From UHGV virus genome UHGV-0177176: a stretch of 44,115 nt of DNA; one strand, given 5' to 3'. How positions within the stretch are numbered: position 1 is the stretch's first letter; each line of letters opens with the position of its first letter. Shown one piece after another: positions 26,807-35,645 of this stretch. The notes beneath the pieces are model-generated. The model was not told where the DNA came from. It worked only from the letters and a program-made list of their open reading frames with translations, and did no database searches. Origin of the DNA: a virus. Position numbers and translations under genes: made by a program.

Positions 26807-27085
26807 ATGAACATTATCACGTGGGTAAAAGAGCAGTATGCTGTATTTTTGCTATGGCGCGCGCAGTATTTGCTGATGCAAGCAGACGACTGGCGCTGGA
26901 AGGCTAATTCTCATGCACGCAGAGCAAACATTCTAGGCCCCGGGATTAGTGTACAGCGTTATCACTTGAATCACCAGTGCGCCAAGTCCCGCCGTCGTGC
27001 GTACACCTTGGGTGCCAAAGCTACTGCCACCGAGACCAAAGCCCTCAATTTCATTTCAAAACATAAACTGAAAGGATTTGACTAA
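26807..27085 (+). CDS. Hypothetical protein (92 aa)
   Basis: SD AGAGGAAG. It is preceded by the hairpin GGCCCCgcctGGGGCC. Confidence 0.5.
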   Translation: MNIITWVKEQYAVFLLWRAQYLLMQADDWRWKANSHARRANILGPGISVQRYHLNHQCAKSRRRAYTLGAKATATETKALNFISKHKLKGFD

Positions 27086-27459
27086 TGGATAGAGTATTAG
27101 ACGCATATAAGAATCTGGCTATTGCAGTAGGCGATGCAAAGTATGACGCAGTGGCGCACGGGGTACACGCCATACACCTGGATGCAATGTACGACGCACT
27201 GGACAAACTGGCGGCCCTGTACGGTATGGACCTGGAGCTGGCCGCTACCGCCTTCAAGGAACACAACGACCTGGCGGCACATGCTGATAAGTTGAAGGGG
27301 GACGATCTGGCAGTTATCCGCATCGTAGGTACTCTCAGTATCGGGTTGGCGGAGATTGGTTCCTGTATATACGATGTAGACCAGAGCCTGCGTACGCCGG
27401 AAGTAATCGGGGACATGCTTGGTACCGTGCTGGTGCTGTCTGAGTTGGGGTCGTGCTGA
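27085..27459 (+). CDS. Hypothetical protein (124 aa)
   Basis: TAATG-coupled. Confidence 0.55.
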   Translation: MDRVLDAYKNLAIAVGDAKYDAVAHGVHAIHLDAMYDALDKLAALYGMDLELAATAFKEHNDLAAHADKLKGDDLAVIRIVGTLSIGLAEIGSCIYDVDQSLRTPEVIGDMLGTVLVLSELGSC

Positions 27460-27617
27460 TGCTGTACTTACATCGTGCAATTTACGTAGTTTTGATTCTC
27501 CCACTAATCCCCTTGGCGGGACTCTGCTATCTGTGTGATAAGCTCACCAAGGCGAAGTGGGCTGAACGTTGGGTTAACTGGGCCGATAAGAAGGCCCGCG
27601 ATATTACGGGGCGCTAA
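27459..27617 (+). CDS. Small hydrophobic protein (52 aa, one predicted TM helix)
   Basis: ATG in TGATG overlap. IYVVLILPLIPLAGLCYLC. TAATG-coupled to the exonuclease. Confidence 0.4.
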   Translation: MLYLHRAIYVVLILPLIPLAGLCYLCDKLTKAKWAERWVNWADKKARDITGR

Positions 27618-28585
27618 TGATTATCAACGGGGTTGACTTATCCCAGCTCCCAGAGCAGTTAGCTCCGCAGAACTCTGGGAAGATTCTGCTGTATGATGCG
27701 GACTTTTGCGTGTACAAAGCCGCTGCTACAGTGAAACGGCTAGATACCGCGATACGCCGCTTCTATCAGCTGCTGCTTGAGGACATGTTCCTGGTCGGTT
27801 GCTCTGAAGCAGTGGCGTATTTGACTCCTGCTGGTTGTGCTAAGTGTCTGCGTTGGCACCTACCCACAGCTAAGCCGTACCAGGGGCAGCGAGCTAATCG
27901 GCAGGAGCTACCACTGAAGGCGCCTTTGAAGCGGCACCTGATTGATAATCCGGACCAGTATTCTGAGCAAGGTATCCAAGTAGTTAGTAGCGACTTCTTC
28001 GAGGCTGATGATCTATTCATAATGGACTCATACGCTTTCGGTGAGCGCGGTATACTGATGTCACAGGACAAGGACTCCTGGCTCAGCCCTATGGCCAGGT
28101 TTGATATCCCAACCGGTACGGTGTGGCCTGCACTAGAAGACCCGTTCGGGTGGATTAAATGGGATGACACCCAGGCTATGCCGGTAAGAGCGCACGGCAC
28201 TAAGTTCTTCTGGTGGCAGATGCTAGCAGGGGACGACGCCGACAACGTCAAAGGCATCACATTGCTTGATGGGAAGCTCTGTGGCAAGCGAACGGCCTTT
28301 GATGCTATCTACCCTATTACCTCAGAGCAGGACGCCGCAGAATTCGTTGTAGCGGCTTACGCTCGAAACAACCAAGACGTACTCGCAGAGGCTGAATGCC
28401 TGTGGCTGAGGCGCTCCCAGTCAGATTCTGCCTACCAGTATCTGATGTCACTGTTGACTACTCCCAGTCTACGTGACTGGGTGCACTCGCTGCACGAGTA
28501 TCATAAGCAGCACATACAGTGGATACAGGAGAACCCAGACAATGGCGAAGATGTCTGCGAAGGAAATGAGCCTGCGGGCGATTGA
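27617..28585 (+). CDS. 5'-3' exonuclease (T7 gp6-like FEN family)
   Basis: N-terminus KILLYDADFCVYKAA parallels T7 gp6 ILVMDGDWLVFQAM. Position in the DNA module. Confidence 0.75.
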   Translation: MIINGVDLSQLPEQLAPQNSGKILLYDADFCVYKAAATVKRLDTAIRRFYQLLLEDMFLVGCSEAVAYLTPAGCAKCLRWHLPTAKPYQGQRANRQELPLKAPLKRHLIDNPDQYSEQGIQVVSSDFFEADDLFIMDSYAFGERGILMSQDKDSWLSPMARFDIPTGTVWPALEDPFGWIKWDDTQAMPVRAHGTKFFWWQMLAGDDADNVKGITLLDGKLCGKRTAFDAIYPITSEQDAAEFVVAAYARNNQDVLAEAECLWLRRSQSDSAYQYLMSLLTTPSLRDWVHSLHEYHKQHIQWIQENPDNGEDVCEGNEPAGD

Positions 28586-28742
28586 GTTATACTACGAGGG
28601 GAAACATGATGAACTTGAAACTATTCTGGATGCGCTGCGTGAACGAGCACCCAAAACACATCGAAGAACGGTTGAGCATTTGGATTCTCTCATTCACGAC
28701 AATGCTCTGCTGGATGTAGTGGGGGAGATTGAACTATGTTAG
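28542..28742 (+). CDS. Hypothetical small protein (66 aa)
   Basis: SD AGGAG before the ATG at 28542. It overlaps the 3' end of the exonuclease. Confidence 0.4.
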   Translation: MAKMSAKEMSLRAIELYYEGKHDELETILDALRERAPKTHRRTVEHLDSLIHDNALLDVVGEIELC

Positions 28743-28911
28743 AGATGGGTAGAGAGTATACTTGGGGTGCTGCGTGGTGTGTGTACATATTGGAGCCCGC
28801 CCCACAGCAAGGAATACAGGTTCGGTGTACAAACACAGGAGAGGTGATGTCTCCAGTACTAACTTTAGCCCACATAAGGTCTGCGCAACTGTGGGAGGGG
28901 TTCAGATACGT

Positions 28912-29334
28912 ATGAGTCTACGTAAGATTACACGTGCCCAGATTCGTTCTGTGGCAATCAAGCTGGCTAAGGACCAGGGCGGGCTGTGCCTGCTCTGTGG
29001 TAAGCCGTTGGACTTTACAATCAGAGGGGTGACTGGTGATTCTGTTGTTGTTGACCATTGTCACACTACTGGGCGTATCCGGGGTGCTCTGCATCGCTCA
29101 TGCAATGGCGGAGAAGGGAAAGTGGCCTCTGCGGCTGGGCGTTGGATTGTTGGGAGCATGCAATCTTCTAGCGCTATTGCTGAATCTCTGCGTAGAGTTG
29201 CCGACTACCTAGACCGCGAACCCACGGATATGCTATACTATACGCATAAGACGCCGGAAGAGCTGGCGCAAGCACAGAAGCTCAAGGCCCGCAAGGCCAG
29301 AGCACGACGCAAAGCACGGGAGACTATTAAATGA
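28912..29334 (+). CDS. Endonuclease VII-like Holliday-junction resolvase
   Basis: GLCLLCGKPL…VVDHCHTTGRIRGALHRSCNGGEG matches T4 endoVII GKCLICQREL…HLDHDH…RGLLCNLCNAAEG. SD GGGAGGGG. Confidence 0.8.
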   Translation: MSLRKITRAQIRSVAIKLAKDQGGLCLLCGKPLDFTIRGVTGDSVVVDHCHTTGRIRGALHRSCNGGEGKVASAAGRWIVGSMQSSSAIAESLRRVADYLDREPTDMLYYTHKTPEELAQAQKLKARKARARRKARETIK

Positions 29335-29789
29335 GTAAGGTCAAAGTAGGTGATAGGGTGGTGCGTAGACATGAACATCGCAACTATATTTGGGAAGATT
29401 TCTGTCGGCATATTGAGGTTCCTTCGGGGGCCCCTATGCGTATCACCAAGGTACTGGGCGAAAGTGCGCTAATACTAGAGGGTCACGACAAAGCCCCTTG
29501 GTCCATCCCTTGCTTCCATCTGGTAGAAGCTGAGAGTGCACCAGAACGATCGAAATCGGCGGATGCAGTAAACTCACCTCAGCACTACCAGTTATTCCCG
29601 GACCTGGAAGCTATTGTGGTGATTGCCCGCAGCATGACCCAGAACCAGTTCTACGGTTACTGCTTGGGGAACCGACTCAAGTACCGCCTACGTGCCGGGA
29701 ACAAGGACAAGCTGGAGCAGGATATTGCTAAGTCCGACAAGTACTTAGAGCTGTACGAACAGCACAAGGGAGAGTGCATTGACGCCTAG
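29331..29789 (+). CDS. Hypothetical protein (152 aa) with N-terminal KVKVGDRVVRR module and a conserved phage C-terminal domain (SPQHYQ…GNRLKYRLRAG)
   Basis: ATGA-coupled. Confidence 0.6.
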   Translation: MSKVKVGDRVVRRHEHRNYIWEDFCRHIEVPSGAPMRITKVLGESALILEGHDKAPWSIPCFHLVEAESAPERSKSADAVNSPQHYQLFPDLEAIVVIARSMTQNQFYGYCLGNRLKYRLRAGNKDKLEQDIAKSDKYLELYEQHKGECIDA

Positions 29790-29933
29790 TGCATGGTGCC
29801 ACCAGATGTGGCAAGCAGCAATAGAGCGGGGTGATGAAAGCTCCGCTAATGACTACCTGGAGATGTACAATCTCTGGTTAAGTCGAAACCAGTAATTAGA
29901 AATACCGGACATAACCAAGGAGGTTAAGCGCCT

Positions 29934-32402
29934 ATGATTAGCGCCCTGAATACGGTTGTAGTACCAGAGGAAGCACTGGTGGAACGCCAGTTGGAGCTTG
30001 AAGAGACCTACAAGATTCGCGGCATTGAACGTGCTCGCAAATTGATTACCGATGCTCTACAAAACGGCGGGATTATGAACCTGCCTATGACTCAGCGCAT
30101 GCTAACCTCTGCGTACGACGTGGCCTCTGCAGCCATTGAGGAAATGCGTAATGTCAAAGCCCCGGGTATCGGTGGAAAGTACCGCCGATTCCTACGCTTA
30201 GTCCCCTTGGATGTCCTAACTACTCTGAGCCTGTGCACAATGTTTGAGGCGTTCAGTGTTGCCCCTGGTGAGTCCGCCAGTCGCCGCCAGACAGCTCAGG
30301 CAGTGATGTCCGCTCTGGGTAGGAATGTACAGTCAGAGCTGCTGGCCCTACAACTACGTAATGTTGCCCCAGCGTATATGGACCGGGTATATGAATACCT
30401 CACTGAGCGCCGTACTAAGTCGCCTACGCACATTCTGCGTACGCTCCGCGCCAGTGCTGAGAACGTGCACTATGGGCATGAGCCTTGGACCAACGCTCAG
30501 AATATTTCTGTGGGACGTCTGCTGTGTTCCGCAGTGTTTGAGACAGGGCTGTTCCAGTGGAAGACTGGTAGCGGGAACTTGAGTATGCTCTATCCCGCAG
30601 ATAATGTTATGGAAGCATTTCAGCAGTTAGTGGAGTCTGCTGACACTGTAACTATGAAGCCTCCGATGCTGGTACCGCCGGTGCAACATACTACACTGTG
30701 GGATGGTGGATACCTCACCCCAATCGATAACCGTGGGACGTACCACAACTCACACATTGACCACGCCAGACTGCGTGAAGTAGCGGAAGCATTTAAGTCT
30801 GCGGACGGTATCAAGAAGGCGCTTAATAAGGCGCAGGAAACTCCTTATCGCATTAATAAGCGCATCCTAGAATTGGTTCAGGAGGCTCGTGCAAACGGCA
30901 TAGGTATCGGTATGCCTCGCTCAGTACCAGAGCCGAAACCGGAGTGGTACTTAGATGGTGTACCGAAAGAGAATTACACCGAAGAGGAGCTGGACCGCTT
31001 CGGAGAGTGGAAGACGCGTATGTCCTTATGGTACAGCGCCGACCGTAAACGTGTGTCGCAACTACGTAGCCTATTGACCACGCTAGAGATGGCAGAGGAA
31101 TTCAAAGATGAGAAAGCCCTGTACTTCCCAACCTGCGTGGATTGGCGGTACCGGCTGTACTTCAAGTCCTCACTGCACCCCCAAGGTTCTGATTTGCAGA
31201 AGGCACTTCTTGAATTCGGACGAGGTAAACCTCTGGGAGAGAGAGGGTTATTCTGGCTTAAAGTGCACGTCGCTACCTGCTTTGGTTATGACAAAACCTT
31301 ATTCGAAGACCGTGCAGCTTGGGTTGATGCAAACTTTGCAGAGATTGAGCAGCTCGCGGATTCTCCTTTTGATTGCCCTGCTTTTGCCTCCGCAGACAGC
31401 CCCTGGTGCTTCCTAGCAGCCGCTATCGACCTGGTTAATGCTGTACGTTCTGGATGCCCAGAAGAGTATATTAGCCGAATCCCAGTTGCTATGGATGCTA
31501 CAAACTCAGGTGGGCAGCACCTCTCAGCGCTCCTGAGAGACCCTGTGGGCGGACGCTTGACGAACCTGTACTGGGAAGGTAACGACAAGAAAGCGGACCT
31601 GTACATGGACGTGAAGCGCCGTACGGACGAGAAGGTGATACTGGACCTGGACAAAGAGGATTTCGTTATCCAGAGCACGTACTGGAGAGAGAACGAGATT
31701 ACTCGCAGCATGACCAAGCGCCCAAGCATGACCTACTTCTACAGCGCCACGGTACGTAGCTGCAGCGACTACATCTTTGCAGGGGCCTGTGAAGAGGGGT
31801 ATGAAGGAACAGACACGCACAGTCTCTGGAACTTATCCTGCTACCTTGCACCTAGAATGCGTAGCGCTATTGAGGAAGCTAACCCGGCAGCAGCAGCAGC
31901 CATGGGGTATCTGCAGAACCTCGCTAGGCGTGTACCTGCTAGTCAGCACCTGCAGTGGAAGACACCGCTTGGCGGGCTTGTGATGAACCGATACACACAG
32001 CGCGAAGAAGTGCGTGTACGTATTGACTGTATGAACCTCACTATCATGCGTGTGCATAATCGGGATTTCAAGACCTGCAACAAGCGCAAGGCAGCCTCTG
32101 GAATTGCCCCGAACTTTGTGCATAGCCTGGATAGCACGCACTTGATGATGGTGCTCTGCGCGGCGGAGGGGCTGGATATTGTGCCGATTCACGACTCCTT
32201 GGCTACTCACGCAGCTGATGTTGATGCCCTGCACCGACACATCCGGGAGCAGTTTGTGAAGCTGTATGAAGAGCACGATCTTCTGGGGGATATTACTAGG
32301 GCTGCTGCTGCAGCGGGGGCAGACTTAACGGACCTGGACATGCCTGCGGTGGGTACATTGGATATCCGGCAAGTGCTGGAATCACCTTTCTTTTTCTGCT
32401 GA
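29934..32402 (+). CDS. DNA-directed RNA polymerase, single-subunit T7-like
   Basis: Motif A AMDATNSGGQHLSALLRD (T7: AFDGSCSGIQHFSAMLRD). Motif B RSMTKRPSMTYFYSAT. Motif C PIHDSLATH. SD AAGGAGG. The late position immediately upstream of the structural genes is phiKMV-like. Confidence 0.92.
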   Translation: MISALNTVVVPEEALVERQLELEETYKIRGIERARKLITDALQNGGIMNLPMTQRMLTSAYDVASAAIEEMRNVKAPGIGGKYRRFLRLVPLDVLTTLSLCTMFEAFSVAPGESASRRQTAQAVMSALGRNVQSELLALQLRNVAPAYMDRVYEYLTERRTKSPTHILRTLRASAENVHYGHEPWTNAQNISVGRLLCSAVFETGLFQWKTGSGNLSMLYPADNVMEAFQQLVESADTVTMKPPMLVPPVQHTTLWDGGYLTPIDNRGTYHNSHIDHARLREVAEAFKSADGIKKALNKAQETPYRINKRILELVQEARANGIGIGMPRSVPEPKPEWYLDGVPKENYTEEELDRFGEWKTRMSLWYSADRKRVSQLRSLLTTLEMAEEFKDEKALYFPTCVDWRYRLYFKSSLHPQGSDLQKALLEFGRGKPLGERGLFWLKVHVATCFGYDKTLFEDRAAWVDANFAEIEQLADSPFDCPAFASADSPWCFLAAAIDLVNAVRSGCPEEYISRIPVAMDATNSGGQHLSALLRDPVGGRLTNLYWEGNDKKADLYMDVKRRTDEKVILDLDKEDFVIQSTYWRENEITRSMTKRPSMTYFYSATVRSCSDYIFAGACEEGYEGTDTHSLWNLSCYLAPRMRSAIEEANPAAAAAMGYLQNLARRVPASQHLQWKTPLGGLVMNRYTQREEVRVRIDCMNLTIMRVHNRDFKTCNKRKAASGIAPNFVHSLDSTHLMMVLCAAEGLDIVPIHDSLATHAADVDALHRHIREQFVKLYEEHDLLGDITRAAAAAGADLTDLDMPAVGTLDIRQVLESPFFFC

Positions 32403-32403
32403 T

Positions 32404-32425
32404 AAATGAAGTTACCGGAGTAGGA
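32404..32425 (+). promoter_or_regulatory. Copy C of the 22-mer AAATGAAGTTACCGGAGTAGGA; candidate late phage promoter. Its 3' end supplies the SD for the ORF at 32426
   Basis: Exact 22/22 match to 12634-12655. It lies immediately after the RNAP stop (32400-32402). Confidence 0.45.
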
Positions 32426-32869
32426 ATGAAGTTAAAACACACTAGTAAAACACTTGCAGATTACACCTTCAAAGTTCTATATGAACCTAGGGATGTAATC
32501 CAGGTAGTTAAGAAATTACACGTACTGGGCCACGGTATTCAGAGAGGGTTAACACCATCCCAGCATTACTGGAGGGTGCTTGGTTCCGTGTTAGGTAAAC
32601 AACACCTACTAGGAGTCTTTGACTCAACTGGTACCTGTGTAGGAGCTACGAGCTTCTATCCGGAAGCAGTAGAGGATAGCCATTATGTAGAGCCTATTCT
32701 GTATACTGACTTTATGGTGCTGGAACCAGGACATTCAGCAGCGATGCTCCCTATGATTTCTCAGATGCATAAAATAGCAAGAGACTTTGGGGCTGGAAGG
32801 CTGGCAATAAGCAGGGGCGAATCCCATACTACATACAAAACAACTTACTATAAAGTGAGGTCAGAATGA
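32426..32869 (+). CDS. Hypothetical protein (147 aa), first gene of the late module
   Basis: ATG lies directly after GGAGTAGGA. Confidence 0.6.
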   Translation: MKLKHTSKTLADYTFKVLYEPRDVIQVVKKLHVLGHGIQRGLTPSQHYWRVLGSVLGKQHLLGVFDSTGTCVGATSFYPEAVEDSHYVEPILYTDFMVLEPGHSAAMLPMISQMHKIARDFGAGRLAISRGESHTTYKTTYYKVRSE

Positions 32870-33129
32870 GCGGTGGGTTAGGTAAACTATTAGGTAAGGC
32901 CACGGATATGCTCGGCCTTACTGATAATGAAGGATTAGAGCAACAGCAGCGCATGGCGCAGCAGCAGGCTGAAGCAGCAAAACAACAGGCAGCCTTAGAA
33001 ACTAACAGCGCAGCCGATAATATTGCTGAGGTAGACCCATCCGGGGCGGCCTCTGCATCTGCAGATGCAATTACGTCTGAGCAGAAGAAACGGCGACAGG
33101 CAGGGCAGAGCAATCCCCTGGGCCTGTAA
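32866..33129 (+). CDS. Small virion-associated protein candidate (87 aa, Gln/Ala-rich)
   Basis: ATGA-coupled. It precedes the portal gene. Confidence 0.5.
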   Translation: MSGGLGKLLGKATDMLGLTDNEGLEQQQRMAQQQAEAAKQQAALETNSAADNIAEVDPSGAASASADAITSEQKKRRQAGQSNPLGL

Positions 33130-33138
33130 GGAGGACGC

Positions 33139-34734
33139 TTGGACAATAAAAAGACATTGGCAGAGCTGTTCCTGGGGGACCAGGATGCAGGCGTACTGGA
33201 CGCGTCAGAGAAGTTTGCTGAGTGGACACTGCCTACAATCTTTACTCGAGAGCTATATACAGATGGGCGTCGAATGCAGCTCAGTCGGGACTATCAGAGT
33301 ACAGGTGCTCAGTTAGTTAATACAGCTGCAACTAAAATTGTAGGAGCACTGTTCCCCCAAGGCACCAGCTTCTTCCGGTTCTCGAAGAGCGCAGCACTCG
33401 ACAACTTTATTAGTAGCCTAGGAAGTTCTAGCACTGCAGAGTCCCGTTTATCCGAAGTAGAGAACGTTGCATCTCAGAAGGTATTCGAGAAGGATGGGTA
33501 CGCTGCGAAGCTCCAAGCTGTGAAGCTACTGCTTATCACCGGGAACGCATTGGAGTATATCGATGAAAGAACCGGAAAGTCCATCATCTACTCGGTCCGT
33601 AACTTTACCGTTCGAAGGGATGGTAGCGGGAACGTGCTGCGACTCATTATCAAAGAGCGCGCCAGTATCCAGGACCTCCCAGAAGATATCCAAAGAACAC
33701 ACTACAACGGGCGAGACCCGTATAGTGACATCGACATCTATACTGCCGCTTGTCGTAAGATTAAGCACCTTCCAACTGGGGAAGAGGCAGTAAGCTACGA
33801 GGTGTATCAGGAGGTTGATGGTCGTCGCTTAGGTGAGAGTAGCACCTACCCTGAGCTGGAGCTTCCCTATAACGTATTGGTGTGGAACCTAGTTAACGGC
33901 GAGCACTATGGACGCGGTCTAGTGGAAGACTATGCTGGAGACTTTGCGCGCCTGTCTGTGCTGACTGAGGCGCTGACTAACTATGAGATTGAGGCTTCCC
34001 GCCTTATTCCTATGGTCGATGCTAGTTCTGGCTTAGACGTTGACGAGTTCTCCCAAGCTGAGACAGGTGAAGCCGTACAGGTTGGCGGCGGAGGTAGTAA
34101 CGGCAATACCAAATCTCCTGTAACAGCCTATGAGGGCGGTGCAGCTCAGAAGATTCAGTGGATCGCTAGTGACATTCAGATGCTTGAGCAGAAACTGGCG
34201 CGCGCATTCATGTACACCGGTAATGCTCGACAGGGTGAGCGTGTAACTGCTTATGAGATTCGTCAGAATGCCAAAGAGGCTGAGTATGCTATGGGTGGTG
34301 GGTTCAGTATCCTGAGCGACTCCTGGCTGCGTAAACTCGCGTACCTATACACAATCGTAGCGTATCCTAAGTTCAAGGTGTATCTCACCGAAGGCGTAGT
34401 GGATATAAACGTGATGGTCGGTACTGCAGCACTAGCTAAAGCAGCAGCAGCAGATAAATTGCTGGAGGCTACTCAGGCTATGCAATTGGCTATTCCTGTT
34501 CTCAAACAGCTTACCCCACGCTTCAATGAGGATGCTTGTGTAGACTGGTATCTGGATGCGTACGGTATCGTAAGCGGACCGTTCATGCTCACAGAAGAGC
34601 AGTTGCAAGAGAAGCAGCAGGTTCAAGAGAGCGCAGCGGCGGCATCGGCAGCTCAAGCACAATCACAGGTACAAGACCTACAGGCAGCGGATCCTACCGT
34701 AGCAGGACAACAACTAGGCCTGTTACCGGGCTAA
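33139..34734 (+). CDS. Portal (head-tail connector) protein, gp8-like
   Basis: GERVTAYEIRQNAKEAEYAMGGGFSILS matches T7 gp8 TGERVTAEEIRYVASELEDTLGGVYSILS. Apparent TTG start 3 nt after SD AAGGAGG. Confidence 0.88.
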   Translation: MDNKKTLAELFLGDQDAGVLDASEKFAEWTLPTIFTRELYTDGRRMQLSRDYQSTGAQLVNTAATKIVGALFPQGTSFFRFSKSAALDNFISSLGSSSTAESRLSEVENVASQKVFEKDGYAAKLQAVKLLLITGNALEYIDERTGKSIIYSVRNFTVRRDGSGNVLRLIIKERASIQDLPEDIQRTHYNGRDPYSDIDIYTAACRKIKHLPTGEEAVSYEVYQEVDGRRLGESSTYPELELPYNVLVWNLVNGEHYGRGLVEDYAGDFARLSVLTEALTNYEIEASRLIPMVDASSGLDVDEFSQAETGEAVQVGGGGSNGNTKSPVTAYEGGAAQKIQWIASDIQMLEQKLARAFMYTGNARQGERVTAYEIRQNAKEAEYAMGGGFSILSDSWLRKLAYLYTIVAYPKFKVYLTEGVVDINVMVGTAALAKAAAADKLLEATQAMQLAIPVLKQLTPRFNEDACVDWYLDAYGIVSGPFMLTEEQLQEKQQVQESAAAASAAQAQSQVQDLQAADPTVAGQQLGLLPG

Positions 34735-34748
34735 CAACAGAGGTATAA

Positions 34749-35621
34749 ATGGACGGCGTAGAAACCACTCAAACTAACGTAACAACTACCCAGGTAGGGA
34801 ACCAAGGCGGCCCTAAGATTCCGGGCCTAGGCGCACCTCTGAACGCCCCTAATAATCAGGGCGTGCAGGATGCACAGATCTCTACACAGCAGCAACAGGG
34901 CAAAGATTCCCCTGCATCTGCAGTAGTTCCACCAGCAGCCCCGGCGCAAATCCCTCTGGATATCGAAGCCCTAAAAGCGGCCCTTAATGACAAGGGTGGC
35001 GATAGCACCAAAGAGCAGCCCCAGGAGCTGGCTCAGACAGGCAACCCGACAATTGATGCCGGTGTAGCTATGTTGAAGCAAGTCTCTGGGTTAACTGACT
35101 CGGACATGGTGCGGGCACTTAGTAAGGCCCTGGAGTATCAGGACCCTAACCTAATCGATACGGCCTTCATCAAGGAGCGCTTCGGCGAGCACGCTGCGTA
35201 TGCAGAGCTGCTGGCTAAGGCGTATCTTGAAGACCAGGTGGGACAAGCCACTAAGGCTGTACAGGAAGCGTATGACCTCGTAGGCGGGAAGGAGAATTGG
35301 GAGGTAGCAGCGCAGCTGTTTAATTCCAAGGCCCCAGAGCCTCTGCGTAAGGCTGCACGAGTCCTGGCTGATTCTGGTGAGCTTAAACAGGCAGCAGAGT
35401 TAGTGGCAGGTTACTGCCGAGATATGGGTCTTATCAAGACCTCCAATCCATTGGTACGTGGTGTCCCTAGCAATAACGCACTATCTGCTGCGGACTTCAA
35501 AGTAGAATACGCTAAGCTGCGTCAGGAGGCTGGGAATCGAAGCCTAGAATCCAATCAGTTTAGTCAACGTTATCATGATTTACTCGCGCGCCGCGAAGCC
35601 GGTAAACGCGTAGGTCTTTAA
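34749..35621 (+). CDS. Scaffolding protein
   Basis: Lies between portal and capsid. Ala/Gln/Glu-rich helical composition. SD GAGG. Confidence 0.7.
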   Translation: MDGVETTQTNVTTTQVGNQGGPKIPGLGAPLNAPNNQGVQDAQISTQQQQGKDSPASAVVPPAAPAQIPLDIEALKAALNDKGGDSTKEQPQELAQTGNPTIDAGVAMLKQVSGLTDSDMVRALSKALEYQDPNLIDTAFIKERFGEHAAYAELLAKAYLEDQVGQATKAVQEAYDLVGGKENWEVAAQLFNSKAPEPLRKAARVLADSGELKQAAELVAGYCRDMGLIKTSNPLVRGVPSNNALSAADFKVEYAKLRQEAGNRSLESNQFSQRYHDLLARREAGKRVGL

Positions 35622-35645
35622 TATAATTTAAAAGGAAAGTAATAT

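Noticed and set aside
29806-29895. 29-codon ORF in the gap upstream of the RNAP gene
   Set aside because: No SD and no coupling. The gap more plausibly holds the promoter and leader for the RNAP gene. It contains an ATACCGGA partial copy of the recurring motif.
32426-32869. Possible GNAT acetyltransferase (R-D-F-G-A-G-R-L resembling the R/Q-x-x-G-x-G/A motif)
   Set aside because: The motif sits at the extreme C-terminus with no following alpha3/beta5 elements and is not directly preceded by the beta4 strand. The topology is inconsistent with the GNAT fold. The ORF is left as hypothetical.
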